Below, in pieces: positions 61,000 to 64,000 of a stretch of 64,000 nt of DNA. The notes below the pieces were generated by a model, which saw only the letters and a list, made by a program, of their open reading frames with translations, was not told the origin of the DNA and did no database searches. The position numbers and the translations under genes were made by a program. The DNA is from Psammoneis japonica (Eukaryota): NCBI GenBank assembly GCA_008632985.1, contig QPGO01000273.1, positions 1 to 64,000 of the forward strand, written 5' to 3'. Position 1 is the first letter of the stretch. Each line of letters begins with the position of its first letter.

Positions 61000-62239
61000 C
61001 ACACATGGCCAGAGCAGCCTTGGCACATCCTGCTGACAAAACTGGCAAAACAGCAGCTCTTGTGGTTGGGCCAGCATGCAGGCAGTCTGGGCACACCCCT
61101 GGGAAGTCAAACAGGAAGGAGGGCTCAGCATTGCCGCCAGTGCCAGAAACATGCTCAGCAGCTTGTCTTGAGAGAGATTCGAGCCCACACAGCCCCGAGC
61201 TGGGTGTCTTGGCTGGCAGGTTGGAAAGCATTCTTGAGCACAGTCTGGTGTGTGGGTGGCACTGTCACCAAGAGAGCTGCTCTGCAGAGGAAGAGGGAAA
61301 CAGGCAACAGCATTTTGCAAGAACTTTTTTTTTTCAATGGTTGGGTGGGATGGGGCAGCATCTGGACTTTGACGGAGCATTTGGCGGACAAAGCTTGAGC
61401 ACAGAGAGCTGTCCACTCAAGCTCCACAAGTGGCACATTCCAAAGGTGACACCACACATGGGCCATTTGTTCATGCATCAACATGCATCAAGCTGCAAGT
61501 CTCACAAAAAACCACCACCAACCTTTCAACCAACCACCATGGAGGAGAGAACAGGGCAAGAGGTTCGAAACAAGAGTGATTCGTTGACTCTCTTCTTGTT
61601 TCATGCATTCAAGAGCTTCTTGTCCTTCTTGAACATTTGTTGTGCATTGTTGTCTCTTTTAATTCAAGTGCAAAGAGGAATCACTTTTCTTGTTTCTTTC
61701 TCTTGAGGGGTTGTTGGTTGTTGAGTGATGCAATTTTTGTTGTCACATTTTTGGAAATGTTGGCAAACCCGATCACTGGCTTGATTGTCAACCCATTCAC
61801 CATTTTAAGTCTCCATGGCATAAAATGCCATAAGCCCAGAGCCCTCAATTGTTTCATCAAACGCAGTGCTTTGCACACGTCCAACATCAACTCGACTCAG
61901 TTGAAATCCCAATTTGTGGGCGATGAAAAATCACGAATGTCAAACAAATGGCTACTTTCGACACCAACATCCCCGAGTTCAATCCAAATGTGACGGTATG
62001 CCTTACAGCTTATGACCATGACACATACAAGCATGCTTTATTGTTGTCATCGCGTACTCGTATTGAAAATGCCGATAGATCAAAGTTTACGAAAAGGATG
62101 GAATACAAATTCATTTGTGTATTCATTAGTGGCATTGGAATAATGACATTAAGGGCAGAAGGGATCTAAAATCCTTATTCATCATTGACATTTCTGTATT
62201 GCTCAGAATTTGAATTCTGACCACTGCCGTTAAGCATTT

Positions 62240-62373
62240 AGCTTTCTTTGTGTCGAAGTGTAAATGACACTTAACGATTTGCACTAATCATATAGCTGTC
62301 TCTGTGTCGAAGTGGAAATGACACTTAACGTTTTACACTATTCATTTAGCTTACTTTGACTCGAAGTCAAATG
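62240..62373. repeat. 54-bp tandem repeat, about 2.5 units
   Basis: Units start at 62240, 62294 and 62348; core TGTGTCGAAGTG.AAATGACACTTAACG. Confidence 0.8.
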
Positions 62374-62668
62374 TCGAGTTTGGGTTATGGGCTTATCGTT
62401 ATTCAGCCACGATCATGAAGTCTTTGCCGCAAATGCGCGGGGACCCTCCTGTAGAGGTCTACGCTCATTTTTGTATGTGGCATTGAAACATGTAGCCTAC
62501 ATACGCAAAACTGGTACAGTTTCTACGAAAAAATTTCGAAAAAACGCCTAGTTCGCGAGATAGCTCTGGTACAAAACCTACGCAAATAGTCCCCATACAT
62601 GCACGTACAACTCTACGCATTTCCGGGTTACAGGTCCCCGCGTATTTGCGGGGTTCCACGATGAATCT

Positions 62669-64000
62669 AGTGAGCCGTACTCGCGATGGCTTGATGCATT
62701 TGGTTCAGACTACACCCATTCGACGTTTGTTGGCAACGGCAATAACGTTGCCGTCCACTGGCGAATCGAAAACGATATCCTTAACCTTGCAGCTGCGGCG
62801 GGAGCCAGCGGATGGATTGGCTTTGGCATTGCAGAGGCAGGTGGAATGCCCGGTGCTGACATCGCTGTGTATGAGGCGCTTGCTGATACGCTTGGGGACT
62901 ACCACGCCCTTACGTTCGGAAGGCCAGAGCTCGATAAATGTCAGGATGATTGGGAACTGATTAGATCAACCGCAGAGGACTCTTTCATTGCCTTTCAGGC
63001 CACCAGAGCCGCATCAACTGGCGACCCACAAGATCGGGATCTGTTTGATGATTCGGACCTGTCTCTTCCTGCCACTCCAATCATTGCAGCATGGGGAGAT
63101 GAGGATGAGCTCTCGTTCCATGGACCGAACCGGACCCGAGGATTTGCTCGATTTTATGGCCCGGAAGGTCTACAGGCGGGGGATGTTTCGAATTTGGAGG
63201 CTGAGAGCGACGGAAGCTTCATAGTCACGGCTCAAAACTTCACTATCCCCTTGGAAGAGACGACTTACCACGAGTTTTGTATCAACGCGACGGACTTCGA
63301 AAATGCACCTAATTTGACCGAAGCTGTCCACATTATTGGTGTTGATTTGGAAAGTTCCGCTGACGTGAATGGAGTTGACACTTCCAAGTATGTCCATCAC
63401 TTTGCGCTATTCGGTCGAAGCTCTACTTGCGACGATCAATTTACTATACCTGTCTTCTTCTACGGATGGGGCCCCGGCCAACCGCCATTTATCCTTCCAA
63501 GTGACGTTGGTCTTCCCCTCGGCGGCCAGAATGGCTTCCAGAGTTTGGGTCTCGAGATTCACTACGATAACGTCGACAAAGATGAAAATATTGTCGACAG
63601 CACCGGCGTCAGGTTGTACTACTCGAACGAGAAACGTGAGAACGAGGTGAATGCCATGATTGTTGGTGACACGTTTACTAGATTGAGGCCTCAGAGCGTT
63701 GGTTCGGGAAAAACCCAGCACACGTTTGACTGTCCATCCAGCTGTTCGCAGTCGAACCTACCGGGGCCCGTCACTATCTTCTCCGAGGCGATGCACACCC
63801 ACGAGACTGCGACCAGGACGGTTAATCAAATAGTTCGGGATGGAGTGGTAGTACACGAGGCAGTTGTTGATTTCTGGGACTTTCGTCGAGCCGGAATCAA
63901 GCATGTTCAACAGGAACGCTACGAACTCCAGCCCGGAGATGTCTTCCGAACCACGTGCTACTACGAAAATAGCGACAACAGCACTGTGTTTGGCTTGGGT
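62669..64000 (+). CDS. DBH-like (MOXD1-like) copper type II monooxygenase with DOMON domain; main body, runs off the window end
   Basis: Open frame to the window end, missing from the ORF track: VAVHWRI, GWIGFG..GGMPGADI (DOMON), YVHHF, LEIHYDN, MHTHE (Cu ligands), PGDVFRTTCYY. Confidence 0.9.

Larger units (their letters stand above)
59776..62664. mobile_element. 2889-bp TIR (DNA transposon-type) element with 4-bp TSD ATCT; no recognisable transposase
   Basis: TIR TCATCGTGGAACCCCGCAAAT(G/A)CG at both ends (24 bp, 1 mismatch); ATCT at 59772-59775 and 62665-62668. Confidence 0.9.

Overview
Eukaryotic, intron-containing DNA, most likely a diatom (short GT-AG introns, a bipartite plastid-type presequence, diatom CoDi-type Ty1/copia elements). 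Blocks of ordinary host genes (NADAR protein, cysteine synthase-glutaredoxin fusion, DUF1647-like, plastid protein, double-AAA ATPase, ThrE-like exporter, chorein-N/PH giant protein, discoidin protein, RING protein, RPL12, DBH-like monooxygenase) alternate with sharply bounded repeat-derived domains (~1-6.7k, 20.8-29.7k, 45.75-59.5k, 59.85-61.8k). Two full-length copies of one copia family (21304-28537 minus, TSD ACAAA; 47633-54743 plus, TSD GGGCT), a 110-bp TG..CA insert, a 398-bp MITE and a 2.9-kb TIR element that splits the monooxygenase gene could be delimited to the base. The main signal is a repeat-restricted TpA->TpG/CpA (A:T->G:C) hypermutation, the reverse of fungal RIP. It turns conserved Tyr into Cys or His, differs between the two LTRs of one element, outnumbers CpG decay in the one LTR pair counted, tends to spare TTTA/TAAA contexts and stops abruptly at host genes. 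The copia primer-binding site matches the anticodon arm of a tRNA-Asn, suggesting half-tRNA priming. All assignments come from motif recognition and manual alignment; no database search was run, and a base-calling artefact caused by a DNA modification cannot be excluded.
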